DNA of 64,000 bases from Fimbriosthenelais zetlandica. Taxonomy: Eukaryota. The notes beneath the pieces are model-generated. The model saw only the letters and a program-made list of their open reading frames with translations, ran no database searches and was not told where the DNA came from. Shown one piece after another: positions 1 through 13,849 of the stretch. How positions within the stretch are numbered: the stretch's first letter is position 1; the number at the start of each line of letters is the position of its first letter. The stretch covers positions 33,542,001 to 33,606,000 of the forward strand of contig OZ365113.1 of assembly GCA_977030845.1 (NCBI GenBank), read 5' to 3'. Made by a program: the position numbers and the translations under genes.

Positions 1-199
1 CACCGGGCTGGGCTTCGGTTCAGAGCGTCAACCAAAAATCAGTAGGATGTGAGTGGGAGGTGTTGGATTATGTTTGTAGGAGGCAAGGATTGTCACTGTG
101 GATCATCAGGGTCAGACCATTCATGTTGAATGACCACTGCTGTCAGCGAGGCTTCATACAGCCAATCTATGGCACATCAGACTCCAAGACCAGTTTGTT

Positions 200-2260
200 T
201 CACATCAATTTCGACACTGTTCAAGGCCATGCATCCTCTATAGTGAGAAGCATCCAATACCGCAAGTGTGTAGCCAAGAGACCTTCCCCGTGGCTGGGAA
301 TCCAGTCACCTCCCCAAAAAATATTAAGGTTTTATGTCGTGTTGAGAAAAAATTATTGATTAGGATGATTAGGGACATTTTCAGGTCGTGCCATGGTCAC
401 CACTGTAAAAACAAATGGTTGGAAAACCCTGGTTCAGGATTGTGCCATGCAGTTAATGCCGACAGGGCTAAATATCGATACTTTCAAAGTCAGGGAAACT
501 GAAGTCCAAGGCGTTGTACCTGATTTCATATTTATAGGGATATTCAGCATATACACCCGGTGTCATTGGCCTAATAAGTAATGGCTCCTTACATCATGAT
601 CCTCTGCATTACCAGGTGATTTGTCAATTTTGGTCGGGGGTATATGAAGGTAGCAAAGAGCCCTTGGGCTGAAATGATCACCTGTGTTGATGGTGATCTA
701 ATACCAGCTATATTATTATACAATACATTATTGATTGAGGACCAGAATCCAGACATTCCAATCAGGCTGTATCTTACAGGGGCTGATGTGGATGGCCGCT
801 ATTAGCAAGGACCTGAGACAACAGAGGGTCGCATGCTCGGCATACTTACAGTCTTCCTGCTAGCAATATGCAAGTTTTCACCAACTAGGGTCTCATGGGT
901 GTCCACCATTGATGGGTGGTGTGGACATCCTGTACTGGTAATACATGCAGAGACTATGGACATCTTTCTACCAGAGCTAAACAAAGCTACTCTTACTACT
1001 GAAGCTAATACTCAATGTTAAGTCCCATAGATTTAATAACATTGATTAAAAGCACTAATTTGAAACAGGCAGCAAGCATGGCTCAAGAAATGTATCAGGT
1101 ACAAATGCCCTCAGTATTTAAGTGCGTTCATTATGATCAGAATGTGCTTCACATCCTTTATGAGTTAAGTCACTGGGTAAGCTTCTAGGTCCCAGGACAT
1201 CTTCAAAGTAGGACAAACTAGGTGCATACCAAAATGTTCAAGCATTTTGATCTGTATGAGCAAGATAGTTGAGCCAGGGCTTCGGGCGACAGGACTTCCT
1301 GGAGCCATGTAGATCTGTTCTGCCATGATTGGATAATGCTAGATCACCAACCACAATCATCGACTCATATGATTCCTGGTAAACTGATGGAACCAAACAT
1401 TCTTCTTATCCCCAACCATATACGATTGCCTCAAGTACACAATATCCATTCTGCTTGCTTAGTGAGCATTGGGATTAGGAATGAATTGCGGCGGCCATCA
1501 CTTGTACGTCGCATTGAACACTACAAATGGAAGCATTGTATGATACTAAGGTGAAGTTAGTGCAGCCCAGAGACCAAACAGTGCCTCGTAGATTTGTGGA
1601 AGCAGCCCTAGACCCCATGGTCATAAGCCCAAATCCAAATCCTACTTGCCTGATATTGGATTCCAGTGATATCCTTGCCCTAAGGCCCCTGTTGAGCAAT
1701 GATGATGAGTACTGGGAAGTTACAACACCAGAGTTTTAGTCATGATTCCATTCGGTCTGCTTCATTCATCTACACTGCAGTTCTTCTCTACTTCCCTGCG
1801 ATACTAAATCACTGTGACATTTACTTTTATTGTAGCCATTGTATCAGGCATTTCACATTAAATGGTGGGTAGGATTACTATGGGCCTTGGCAGTGCTGCC
1901 CATTTCACGAAATGAAACCGTAGAATGACTGCAAAATCATGAGCATCCATTGACAGAGGAGATCTTGCTAACAGAGGCCTGTTAAAAATACTGTGCTTCA
2001 GTAAGGAGATGGATCTCCTTTTCCATTTTTCGAAGGAAGAATATGATCACAGTCTTTTAGCTTCAAGAGCTTCGAGTATGAGGCGCTTTTCTGAATAAAT
2101 TGGGGATCTTCTTCTTGTGCCTGATCCTCTTTGAATGCTGACTTCAGGAAACATCATTTACCAAGATCTGAGGCCCATTTTATGACAAAGATGTGACCCT
2201 AATAATTATACTTCAGGAGTATATATATGCATGATGATGGATGTAGTGCATCTTTTCCTC
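200..2260 (-). mobile_element. Highly degenerate Ty3/gypsy pol remnant (RT/RNase H to integrase)
   Basis: Manual minus-strand translation with stops and frameshifts: EV*LL-G-HIF (~2190-2215) resembles gypsy RT EVxYLGH; LIPMLTKQAEWILCT*GNRIWLGIRRM (~1390-1480) resembles the integrase zinc-binding lead-in. Boundaries are approximate. Confidence 0.3.
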
Positions 2261-5200
2261 AGCTATAATTATGATGAATGAAAGGACAGATAATAGTGAA
2301 AAATGTGATTAAATGATATTTCTTATTTGACACTGTTAAGCTCTACTATTTCCTGTGCTGAAGCTAGCTATGGGGATAGACTCCTGTAACTAATGAAGGA
2401 TTAAATACCAGAGCCTCTTTAAGACTGCCAACCAAATACTGTGCTTAAAGCAAGCTTTGGCAGATCTTAGATAATGAAGATGGATTTTAACCCATAAAAT
2501 CTATTGCTATAATACCAACTATTCTGGGCGATAATTAGAATCAAAGCCCACTAATTACTACATTTCTTAAAGATCTTACCCCTGTATAAAGAGATGGAGA
2601 GATTGCGATAGATCGAGCTAGTGATTGGAAATTTGAGGATATGAAAATATATCCAAAACTGGAGAGGAATCTAGTCTCTTCCAAGAGGGACAAATGAATA
2701 ATTTGTTCCAAGTGCTCCTATGTGCACCAAGTGTGAGCTTTTGTGGGCTCTCTCAGAGCTCCCTGGGGGAAAAGTCAATACAGCCTTCTTTCATTCACCA
2801 AAATGGACTTGAAGTAAGAAGCCATGTTTGGAAATGGAATGTTATAACGTCGCGTGAGCAAACAGTCTGGATAAATTGGCACAAGCATTTATATTAGGGA
2901 CGAAAGAAATATTATTATACATTGCAAAACTAAGACAGTCTTATGACTTTTAAAGTCGTAGAACTTGCGATGGCTCTTTTGGTTTTGCAAAAGCTGTTGA
3001 TACGCGGGCTGGTACAGACAAAATGGCGGCGTCACATGCTAGGCTCTGATTGGCTGAGGCGAGTAGCGTATGGCTGCAGGTAGTGACGATCAAGAATTCT
3101 GTACCAGGCTCTGAACCAAGAAATTAAAGCGAACTTTATTCAGGTATCCACCGAATCTAGCTAAATGGTAATGCAGACTTTTTTGGGGCAATCTAAATGC
3201 AAGTGGTGCTCATTTAAGCATTGATTAACACGTGCTAATTACCTTAAGGCATCTTTGGCTTATTGACCAGACACAATCAGACGTCCACGTGGTGTGAATA
3301 TTTAAACCAGGCTTTAATCCGCACATCAGTACTCACTGTGGGCATGCACAGATGTAGAGTCTGCCAGTTTGGAGCATGATACATGACCAGATGTGATCCA
3401 CTTTGAATAGATCAGTAAGCAAGGTTTGCTCAGTTTTGAAGTTGGGGAAGCTTTTCGGGTCCAAGTTCGCGCTGTTAGACTAGCCACTCTGAATACCAAA
3501 TAGGTATCATTGGTGAGAATGATCAATTCAGGCACTGTATGGGATTCCCTGTCATAAAAATGGACAGATTCAGGGCATGCATAGAATACTTTGCATCCAT
3601 CGCCTCTGTAATAAAAGAAACTCGTTCAGAGGAAAATGGATATTTCAGACGGTCATTCTGTTCATGATGACTCGTGACAACCATTCCAATTGTCAAAAGC
3701 AATCGTCAAACTCTCATTTGTAGGCCTTCAAAGAGTGGCCCCAGCTCGAGCATGTCTTTGTATTCTGGCATTGCTGTATAAACTCGGGCTGCTTGCTTGT
3801 GCTTCGCTCCACGTATGAGCAGTGAATGTATATTAACACTTCTCATGGTAACAACATGTATGTGACAACGTTACAATGTTGATTTTCGGATTGAACATAT
3901 ACATCAATCTGTCCACAACAAAACCCTATGACAATGTGGCGTTATCCTTTTTTGGGGAGTGGTCTTGCATGAGATACTAGTGTAGGTGAATGCCTTTAAA
4001 TCCCCATTTATCCCCTGTTTCTGTGGAGGGGGAACTACTTGGGTGCTACCAGGCCAGAAATCAAATTAGTGTGCATTGATCAAAGTGTCAGGGGTAAAGT
4101 GAGGGAGCTTCCCCGCGATGACAATGAATGAGATCTTGGCTTAGCTTCAGGTCTGCATGAAACATAGGCATCTGCATGTGTAAGTGGCTGCTCTTGTGGC
4201 TGGCTGTCGTTAGTCTTACCAGGCAGCCAAACATAAAAGACAGAATTTCATGGAGATATTTTATATTTTTGTTCATCCCCACTGCTTTTATTGGTATTTA
4301 ATTGAGTCACCCATGATATATTCTGCCACTACCCTGTGAATATTGGCAAGTTAGTTTTCTCTGTATAATTATGCATTGAAAGTGGTCTGTAAAATGTAGC
4401 ACTAATGGCTGAGAATAAGCATCTTTATTGAAACACCTAATTGGCACATTTAGATGATAACTGCACTTATCATGAATGGAGCCCAAAATCTGAAATTCAA
4501 ATATGTACATGTTATAGATTATCTCGCCTGTTGGTCCTTGAGATTGTATGCATATATGTACATACTCAAACTACTTTCCATGTTATGTTCTAGAGCCAGA
4601 GAAAAAAATCCATGTGTGTGCTCGAGTTTTTTTTACTATTTACCGGATTAAATTACCAACCTTGTTTAAATTTGCCGCATACGGTAAAGGCGCCCTTGAC
4701 GCCTATAAACCAGAGCTTGAATTTATTGTCTTGTCACTGCTAGATGTTTGAGGAATAAATATAAATTCCTCTAATCTGTTGAGCTCATACTGTACTCGCC
4801 CATAGGTATATCCGGATAGATGGGTGGCGAAGATATTAGTGGTGAATTAAGTACACCACAACATGCTAGTGGGGAATGTAGATCACATACATCATCCAGT
4901 ACCATCAGCAATGCTCATATTATAGGCTTTGATATCATAGGCTAATGGTTATTATCATCTTTTGTTATATTATCTTTTGGTTGGCGGTTTTGCTCACTCC
5001 GGGGAAAATAAATGTTCTGTTCATTTCCTCGCATTTCCCTGAGTGCCACGTGAATCTTTTGTTCCTGTGCTGTCTCCGTAACGTTTTCAATTTCCACATT
5101 AAAGTGTAGCATGTCGCGATCCTCATCTCTTATTTCCAAGTGTTAAAGAAATTATTGCTGTTACAATGGGGACATGGGTGATACTCTCAATGGCTTGCAA

Positions 5201-6199
5201 ATTGTATGTAGTAATGGAATTACTTAATATTCAGACTTCCTTACTTCTGGAATTGGGTTAAATCAATTGGATTCTTAAAGGAACAACTGGATTATCTGTC
5301 ACTGAATAAACAATTGCTGGGAGGTGCCCCTTGGATTTTCCTGAATGAACAATGGAGAGGATTTTTTGTTTTGGATCTGAAAGAAGAGTTTCTGAACATT
5401 CTTGCCTTAAAATACCAGCAACCTATGGACAAACATGGTCTAGACATTGTCTGGTACAACAGAACATGGTATTCTTCAGGGCACATGTATGTATATTTTA
5501 TAGGAAGTGTTGGAAAAAGTTGCACCTTTCACCGTTTCGTGCTTTTACAAGCAGGGCACAATGCATCCTAATCTCTGCATGCAAAGCAATGTGGCTGATC
5601 TTGCACTATGTTTGCTTAAGTATACAACGAATGTGAAGAAACTGAGTGCTTCATGAATATTGTATTGAGCTACGCTTTAGAAAGGCCTTCAATTTGTTGA
5701 TGTATGTTGCCCTCTCGATATAATATTTTATTTAAGATACATCAGGCAGCCTTTATACCAGACTCCCATGTAAATAACTGGGAGGCTTGCCACATGCATT
5801 ATTATACAGGGCGGTAACTTATAAGCATGCACGCCTTTCAGTTCCTCAAAAAGAATCCCAGCTCCAGCTCCTAACAGGTGCAGACGCCATTTTAATCGCT
5901 CGCAGCTTGGCCAATCTGTACAAATTTGAAACTTATTAAGTCTTCAAGTGGAAGAGATAACGAAACTAGAGACGAAAAAGACTTGGTCTGATTCATTGAC
6001 ATGGATATTGAGCTGCCTTACCTCTTATCTGTATTGCAGAACTATTGGATCTTGATTACCAATACATTGGGCGGACCATCGACCCCATCAGGAGCTTATA
6101 ACAGAGACAAGATGGCTACATTAGCCAATGGTAAATCTATGGGCTAATGTCCCACATATTGCTCCTGTTACGAGTCCCATGATAATTCACATTCATCAA

Positions 6200-7050
6200 T
6201 AGTTCACATCCATTTGCCGTAACTGCAGGGATTATACAAGGCAGTATGATGTCCTCAGACCAATAGGCCTTGCTGATGTGTACATATATATAGAGTGTTG
6301 CAGGTTACTTCTCTGAGAAGAACAGATTGCATGGTTAGTGTTGCGGGAAAGGAGAAACTGAGAGGAGAAATGAGGATAATCTTGCATAGAGTCACAGTCT
6401 CTGAACACACAAGGCCAGCCAGCTATCTATCTCTGATAATATAAGCTATAGCTATTGTACCTGGAACTTCCTGATGACCTTCCTTGTATCAACACCTACT
6501 GGCATTTCATGGTTTGCCAGACAAGGATTCTTTTCTGTATTGAGTCTAAAGGAGGATTGGTGCATGGAATATAGCTCATACATTTTCTTTTTCCCGAAAG
6601 GCAATCAAAAGGGCATACGTCCCATTCTAGCCGAGAGCAGGAAGGGGGCATTCTTGCTAGCCATGAGCAGGCACTTGGACAACCAGACAAATTCTCCCTG
6701 GTAGATCTTTGTTGGTATGTGCCATGTCTGGTATGGGCCCAAGGCAGTATCTGATGTACTGAATGTCTTTCCAGCGGACCATTGAGACGGTGAGGAGAAC
6801 AACTAATGGCAATCAGCTAACATTTTCCTGCACCTGCAAAGGGAAACCTCTCAATTTACTGCCCGTACTCGCAGAGCAATCTCCACAGGAAGTGGTGTTA
6901 TTGCCTACCTAACATCTCACAAGAGCGGGAATTTATTACAAAGGCGTAACGTAGGTTCAAGTCATGTCGGTTAATTCTATGTGCAGGTGATCTATGAATG
7001 CTGTGAATGCTCATAATTCCATTGCTGGCAATGTTAACCAATGCTGATTC
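6200..7050 (-). mobile_element. Possible degenerate gypsy RNase H remnant
   Basis: Minus-strand GTIAIAYIIR (~6430-6470) resembles the RNase H xIAYASR motif; otherwise decayed. Confidence 0.2.
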
Positions 7051-7249
7051 ACATTGGATTAGTTCATTACCCATTCACTCCCGCAGGCGACATCCTTCCT
7101 ATTCCAAATGACAGCGAAACCTGAGAAAGAAAGGTCACAAATAGACTCTCCTTTGTTGACTTCCGTCAGCCGAGGGATGACAAGGCATGTCACGTTGAAA
7201 TCAAAGAAAGGTTTGATTAAAGACTCACCCAAAACCCGATGCTCAGACT

Positions 7250-9600
7250 CTCATGTCTTGATTAAAACACCTCAAAGCCTTCTAATGGATGGAACAATGT
7301 TGACAGAGGAGCGAAAAAACACAGTTCCTGTCAAAAATTACTCACCATCAACGTGTACTTGTGAAGAAGACCGAGCATAAAAGATCAAACCATGTACTTT
7401 TATCTTAGCTTGAAACAGATATTAAATGATAAAATCCAGTAATATATTTGCTTATGTACCTCCGAAGCATAAAGATTCTTAAAAGGATTCGTTTTTGTCT
7501 TCCTGGCAGTTTCGTATCTCATTTGTCAAGCATTCAAACAGCTTAGCCGCAGAGGACATTATGTTTGGCATATGAATGGAAAGTCAAGAAGAAAAAGAGT
7601 TTTATCTATAGTGAAATGAACAACTAACTGGGTTCATTTGAAGGGTTTTAGTGGAAAACTAGCCCCCGAGGGGCAAGCTGAGGATTTGGTCGTTTTCCTC
7701 AAGCTAGATAAGGATTATAGATGTTCCTATGAATAATAAACATATTCCATCTGTCAGCCTCAGAGTTAGTTTTGTATATTGGATGTTTTTGGACCCACAA
7801 AACAACTGGCCCCAGCATGCACCGTGTCCTAGACTGAGAGGAAACTGTCTCCATTTTCCCTATCTTTTCTGAAAGATCTTTTGGATCTTTCCTGTCCATG
7901 TTGACAAAATCATATAGCCTAAAAACTTTGCCCGGGACAAATTCCCATCCAGATACATTAATGTCTTCAACTTGTAGCTTGTGACTTGCTGCAACCATGT
8001 CAGTCTACATTAAGGGTCCTTAAAGCTGTGACAAAATCCATACCCGGAAAATATGATTAAAACTGGTTTTATGTAGAGTGAGGCCCATCTTGGGAGGTCT
8101 CCACTCACTTGGCCACTTCTCCTGGAATATCGTAATAGTGTGAACCATAGTTTATCTATCCCTGAAGTCCAATATAGGATACAGAGCCTCTGCTATATTC
8201 CTCGTATAATGGGATAGAAAGATGGCTTGCTTATATATGCTGCATCTATGCTACCCTTCCTGAATATCCCTGGGATGTATAGGGAAAAGGATATTAATAT
8301 TCCGAACAAAGGAAAATGGAGGGATAAATCTCATACATGGCATAGGAACATAGGACAAATTGTTTCCACCAAAAAACTAAACCATATAGCATCTCTCGTA
8401 ATGACAAGAGCTCGTATAACTATACAAGGCCTTCATGGGTGTCAACTTGGAATCACTTGGGAGCGGGGGAGGGGTGTTCTAATTAAGGATGGCGATTACA
8501 TTCATTTGCATAGGTCAGAGGCTTTAGTCTTGGCTCCTAATCTGGCTTTGAATCTTTGTCATTGCTATGGCATTTCATTGTGCATGACTGTAGGACGGAG
8601 TTCAGCTAAATACCTGCTACAGCCAATGTGGGTCAGCCGATAGGAAGCTATCTAAAGGCCATCAGGGAGTAATTGGAGAGGGATTGATTTCTTAATTCAT
8701 CATTCCACCAACTGTCACTTAAGCAGGTCATAGATCCTGATTGATGGAAATAGCCAACGATTGAAGCCTTTCAATGGCTTCCTATGGCATGTCACTGGAG
8801 GCAATGGGGGTCCCACTTTGAAATGACTATAGATAGAGGTAGGGTTGTGAGCAGTTTCCTCTACCCGACCAGAAAGAGCTCTAGCCTCCCTCAACTGCCA
8901 GCATTCAGGGAATTGATGGTAGGGTCAATGAGGAACTGCCTTACATGGGCATTCTATTGACAAGTCACAAGGGAGGTCAATTCCCCCCGGTCAGCCCCAA
9001 TGGGAGGCATAGGCAAGGTATTGTCGACTACCTCCTTATCTTAGTTCTAGTCTATGGCATCCTTCGATCCTTATCTCGTTCCTCTAGTGCTCCCTTGATA
9101 CTATCTAATAGTGTGGACTCCCTTTGTTTTTATAGTTAGGCTATCATATCACTAACCTGATCACAAGGGATGATTACCATTAGGCTCTTATTAAACAACT
9201 TCCATAAAAATAACACGATGTCCTTGAAAACTTTGATGCTATTCAATACAGTCATGGAGATGTAGGTCTTCTAATCGTGATTTCTCCCAAGAAAAGCACC
9301 CGTAAAGCCTGATCAATGTTCTCTCTTTAATTTCTTCCAAATAAGGGAAGGCTCATATTGTTAATTACTGTCAGCTTTTTATCCACTTACAGCTGACGGA
9401 TAATTCAAGGACTGAGTGCACTTGTGATAACATAGCATCGTCTGGAAGGTTCTAACACCAATATTTCATCCTCTACGGCCCTGCATACATGCCAGCAGGT
9501 CTTACCCTGAGGCGACTCTCCAGAACAATTTCATCTGGAAGGAAATATTCCTTGCAACTTTATTGCTTTCGATAAATGGCCGGTGGGAGCCTAATTGCCA
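7250..9600 (-). mobile_element. Degenerate L1/Tx1-like LINE ORF2 remnant
   Basis: Minus-strand KWD-PIASSDMP*EAIERLQ (~8760-8820) resembles NWRPISLxNxDYKxxxKAIAxRL. The ORF at 7699-7998 (EKIGKMETVSSQSRTRCMLGP) resembles the post-RT region of L1/Tx1 ORF2. Confidence 0.3.
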
Positions 9601-10149
9601 ATGGAAATCCAATGAACCTCCGCTCAGCACTTTCCTGGTAGCCTACTACTGGCAGCCTACTACTGGCAGTATTATGCTAGTCTTCAAGCAATGCCTCCAG
9701 ATACAACAATGTGATGATGATTAAAGATTATTGACAGGATGGCAAACTCAGAAACACGGTTGTCCATATACTGAAGGCAAATCACAGATGTGGGGTTTAA
9801 TCTTTAGACACTTACATGGACAACATCATAGAAATGCAGCCTACTCATTAATTGGCTTTACAGGATTCGATGAAGAAGATCCTATCAAACACTTTCTGTA
9901 TAGGAGATGCTATCTTTACTGCTCTCTCCTTCTCTATCTTCCCTTCCCCAAGGACTACCATGAATATGAATTGATGACAGTGTGATAGATTTAGAGGAAA
10001 TTATGAAAAGGATTTACTTCTTTTAGATTATTCCATACAAGCAAACAATATACCCTGCACTCAATGGTCAATCAGGATGGTATATATTGCTTCATATAAG
10101 GATGCAATCAGTCAAGCTTCAATACTCGTTTATGCATGGTTTAAAGCCT

Positions 10150-11300
10150 ATACTTTTTACTTTCACGTATTCAAGACAGTTCCATAAATTATACATGAAA
10201 AACTATACAATCCAGCTGCCATAAATGAAAACAGCTTTTCTTATTGTCAAGTACTCAATGAAAAATAATCTGAAAGCCTCGCTTAACAGCACCGTATCAT
10301 CTTTGGGATTATCTCATGTGGGAGGTAGTTTTTATTCTCACTTAATGGCCATGAATGGTAAAGGCGTACTAATCCTTCCAGCAGAAACAATGCCATTGTC
10401 GCTAGCTCTCATCCAATTGTTCCGCTGCGCTTTGTCCCGGGGATTGGAAGATTTGAAAAGTCAATATCATGGATGATAAACGACCCTCCCAGCGCCCAAA
10501 AACACTACATGTACATTTATCATCAGTAGACCATGGGTCGGTGGGGTATACTGGGGACCCGGAAATGAACCAATGGGACAAACGCGGGATTCATTGGGGA
10601 CACCAGCTATGGATTTTATTTGAAAAAGCTCAGTGACCTTTCTCTTCAATGTCCTTATGTATGCGTTCAGATATATCACGGAATTTCCATGAATGCAATA
10701 CTTTTCGTTGGTGACAGTTAACATATATAATATATTCCTGTGATAGACTATATTATATAAGACATAAGTACCTCGGGAATGTCTGATTGGGACCTTTTTT
10801 CTACCTTACCTGTTATCTTAGTGTTCTGTCGTGATAGTGGGTGCCCGACTTAAATCATGTCTTCATCAGCCAGGTGTGACTTTAACTTCAGCTGTCACGT
10901 TTGTTAACTTGGGGCATTTCTTCTTTATGCCTCAGTTCATGTTCATTCCATCTAAAATGCTACCAGGGACTTGTTCAGGAGAAGAAAATGTTACATTACC
11001 CCAGATATTCTTATCTTAAGTAATGCAATGCATGCTGCTTCACAAACGGGCCCCAGACTGCGTGATCCCATTGAGAGCAACAATTGTAATCGATTTTTCT
11101 CATTCAGGAAATGTCAATTTAATCATGCTCTGTTCCTATTTCCTGATAAGCGAGATAATTCCTGATGCATGAGTCAATTTGACCTTTAGGGAAATCATCA
11201 AATACCACAATGCCATTCGATGGATTCATGCAAAGATGGCACCTGCTTCACCAGCTGAAATAAGGATTGATGAAAACAGACCTACACGAGTGTGGATGAA
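10150..11300 (-). mobile_element. Degenerate ISL2EU/PIF-Harbinger-like transposase remnant
   Basis: Minus-strand segments FSSPEQV..GIKKKCPKL, KSIAGVPNESRVCPIGSFPG, ALGGSFIIHDIDFSNLPIP and YGAVKRGFQII fall in the order expected for ISL2EU DDE motifs (WPSxEQV..FKxKYP, LxGIxPxG, ADRGFxIxD, HVERxIGRxKxF). Confidence 0.4.
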
Positions 11301-12299
11301 AACCTTACTATCCTAACTATTTTGGTAAGCTTGCTGAAGGAATACAAAGGGTATTGAGGCATACGTGTTGAATAGCAATAAGCATTGTGTCTGCTGTCTC
11401 TTTTTCCAATGTACTTCTGCTCTCTGTCAGATTGCATCCTGTTTTTTGATGACAGAATCAAAGGGTCTTGGTCTCTTGGAACCATGCGAGGGCTTACAGG
11501 GATTGTCGGCATAAGTGATTTACATCTTTTTGGATGGGCATACACTGTCAACACTGCCAATCTCTCCTGTCTTTTCCCAGATTTACACTCTGACATCAAT
11601 GAACATGATATGGGATGATGACAGAAGACATTTGATGTGCTGCCAAGAGAGAGCGATGAGAGATGATCTGAGATTGATTAGCTTGTGTAACACAGGTCTG
11701 CACAAATGTTGACCTACTCGTTTTACACAGACGTATGCATTAGCATGTCTATATAGTCTGGGTGTAACTTGTATGTTCAATATTGCACTTGGTCTCTCTT
11801 GTCATAGAGTGCACTAATTATTGGTTATAGTCTGTTTAGACTGTCTAATGTTTTATATGCATTTTAACTTATTCTGGATGTACGAATCCTGCAGACGAGC
11901 AAATTCATTGCCATTGTGGTTTCCATTTGGCTATAGCTATAGGAAAACTTGTTTACTAAAGTCTATAAATGCAGGTGGCATGTGTCATGAATTGATCTCT
12001 CGTTAGCGGCCCAGTGTTTTGGGTGTTCTTGATGTTCTAAGGGGCCTTCCAATATGGATCCCAGTGCAGGGCCCCTTACAACGTCATAAATCTCCCAATT
12101 GATGGGCCCTAGTTCTGCCCAGAAAAACTTTTATTTTGCTTTATAAAGATATACAATATAAACCTGTAAAAATCATCAACAATTAATCTAAACTGCATGC
12201 TGAAGTACATGTAGTTCAATGGAATGCTTCATCTCAACACTCGATCGCCTCAACTGAATACTGCGCAGGCCTCTGGCCATTGCTGAAGTGCGGACGTCC

Positions 12300-12900
12300 T
12301 TGACGTCAAGGATCTTTAGGGAAATCCTCCCATCAATCCGAACATTCATTAAACTGACATTCACCGTTATGAAGTATTCGACAGAATAAATCAGCTCAGC
12401 TTATTCTGGCGCTGTGCCAATGAAGAGCTGTAATTTAAGAATCAAGAGCTGTTTTACCTCTATGTCCCTTCGGGAGTCTTTCTTGGAAGTCCCAGCCAAG
12501 AGAAGCAGAGGCAATTGATTGATGCCGAGGCATTGTCAGTCTAAATTTCATCGTCTATATCAGGGTACCCCTCTGTGGCAAATTTCCCATTACAGCACTG
12601 TCATATCGGCAATTTTGTCTAAGGAAAAATCCTTAAATTGTATCAGTTGAATGGAGCTCTACCCCCTTTCCTTATAAATCCCTGCCACATTTGTCTGGGT
12701 GGCAACAAAGCGAAGCCATGCCGTTATCCCATTGGAAATCTTTGTGCTGCAAAAATCCAAATCTGTCATCGTCTAATTCAATACAGCATATCCATACAAC
12801 TGCTTGACAACTGCTTCTTATCGCTTGGCATTCCAGCTGAGGTAGAACTGTCGTAGGAAAGTCAAAATAATGCAGATATGGGGATACCATAGATTTCCTT
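12300..12900 (-). mobile_element. Possible pogo/Tigger transposase remnant
   Basis: Minus-strand FAAQRFPMG*RHGFAL and RYDSAVMGNL resemble the CENP-B HTH motif RFxxRHGL and the IGNMDET motif. Confidence 0.3.
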
Positions 12901-13849
12901 TCCCTGGTGGGCGACTTTCTCATGTCTGGCCTTAAAGTGATGGATCGGAGGGAACAATACTTCCAATATATTTTACCTCATATTGTTGTCGGTGCCTGAT
13001 TCTCATTCATGGTTTGAGCCATAAGTCAGCAGAACCGGTATTTGACTTTTAGCTAGGCGAGGGAGGTTAACCCTATTCGACTTCCATAACCATACAAAAA
13101 TAAGTTCTAGCTTCTCATGGGTCACCACCTCAGTATTCATATAGTTCTGAGGAAAGAAGAATCATTTGTTTATAAACTTATGATAAAAGTTCTTATAATG
13201 AATACTATTGTGACAATGAATTACCGTTTTGAACAGACCAAAGCGTTTTTCGGTCGCGCTCATGGCACAAGCAACTTTTTATAGACACACCCACCTGGGC
13301 CTCTCTCTTTGTGCCCCACTAGCCGAGAGAGTGTGCTCCTAAATCAAGCAAACGCCTCTGCGGCTCGATAAGAAAATCTAATTGGCGCAATCGCTTGCTT
13401 CGTGGTGACACGAAAAATCGAAAACGGTGTTCGCAGTCTGTTCCAGGCATTATTGAAGCAATTTTCTATATGGGCTTGATTTAGCAGGGAAAACGTTAAA
13501 CGATTGACCGGGGTCATTTCCAGTTCACCTGCCATCACTTTGGACATAGATTTGGATCTTGTTAGAGGCTGGCGTTCCACATGATGTTAAACTTCGATCA
13601 AGTGTGGATTATTTAAGCTGGGTCGCATCCCGTGTGACCCAGTCAACGCATGGGAAATTCAGTCAACTAATGCTATTGCCTGGTGAAGGCAAGTGATCCA
13701 ACCTCTTGTGAGTCGGCGATTTATTGACCAGTCGATCTGCGTAATTTCTTCAATCAGAACTGCACGTTACCAACAAATTATATTCCTACCAGGCAATCAG
13801 TGTTGAGATACCAGGAGCTTAGCGCCTTATAGCCCAACTTGCCATGACA

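Noticed and set aside
8227-8643. 138-aa plus-strand ORF
   Set aside because: Overlaps the decayed minus-strand LINE remnant; no motif.
9640-9667. 14-bp tandem duplication AGCCTACTACTGGC x2
   Set aside because: Local slippage with only two units; not an array.
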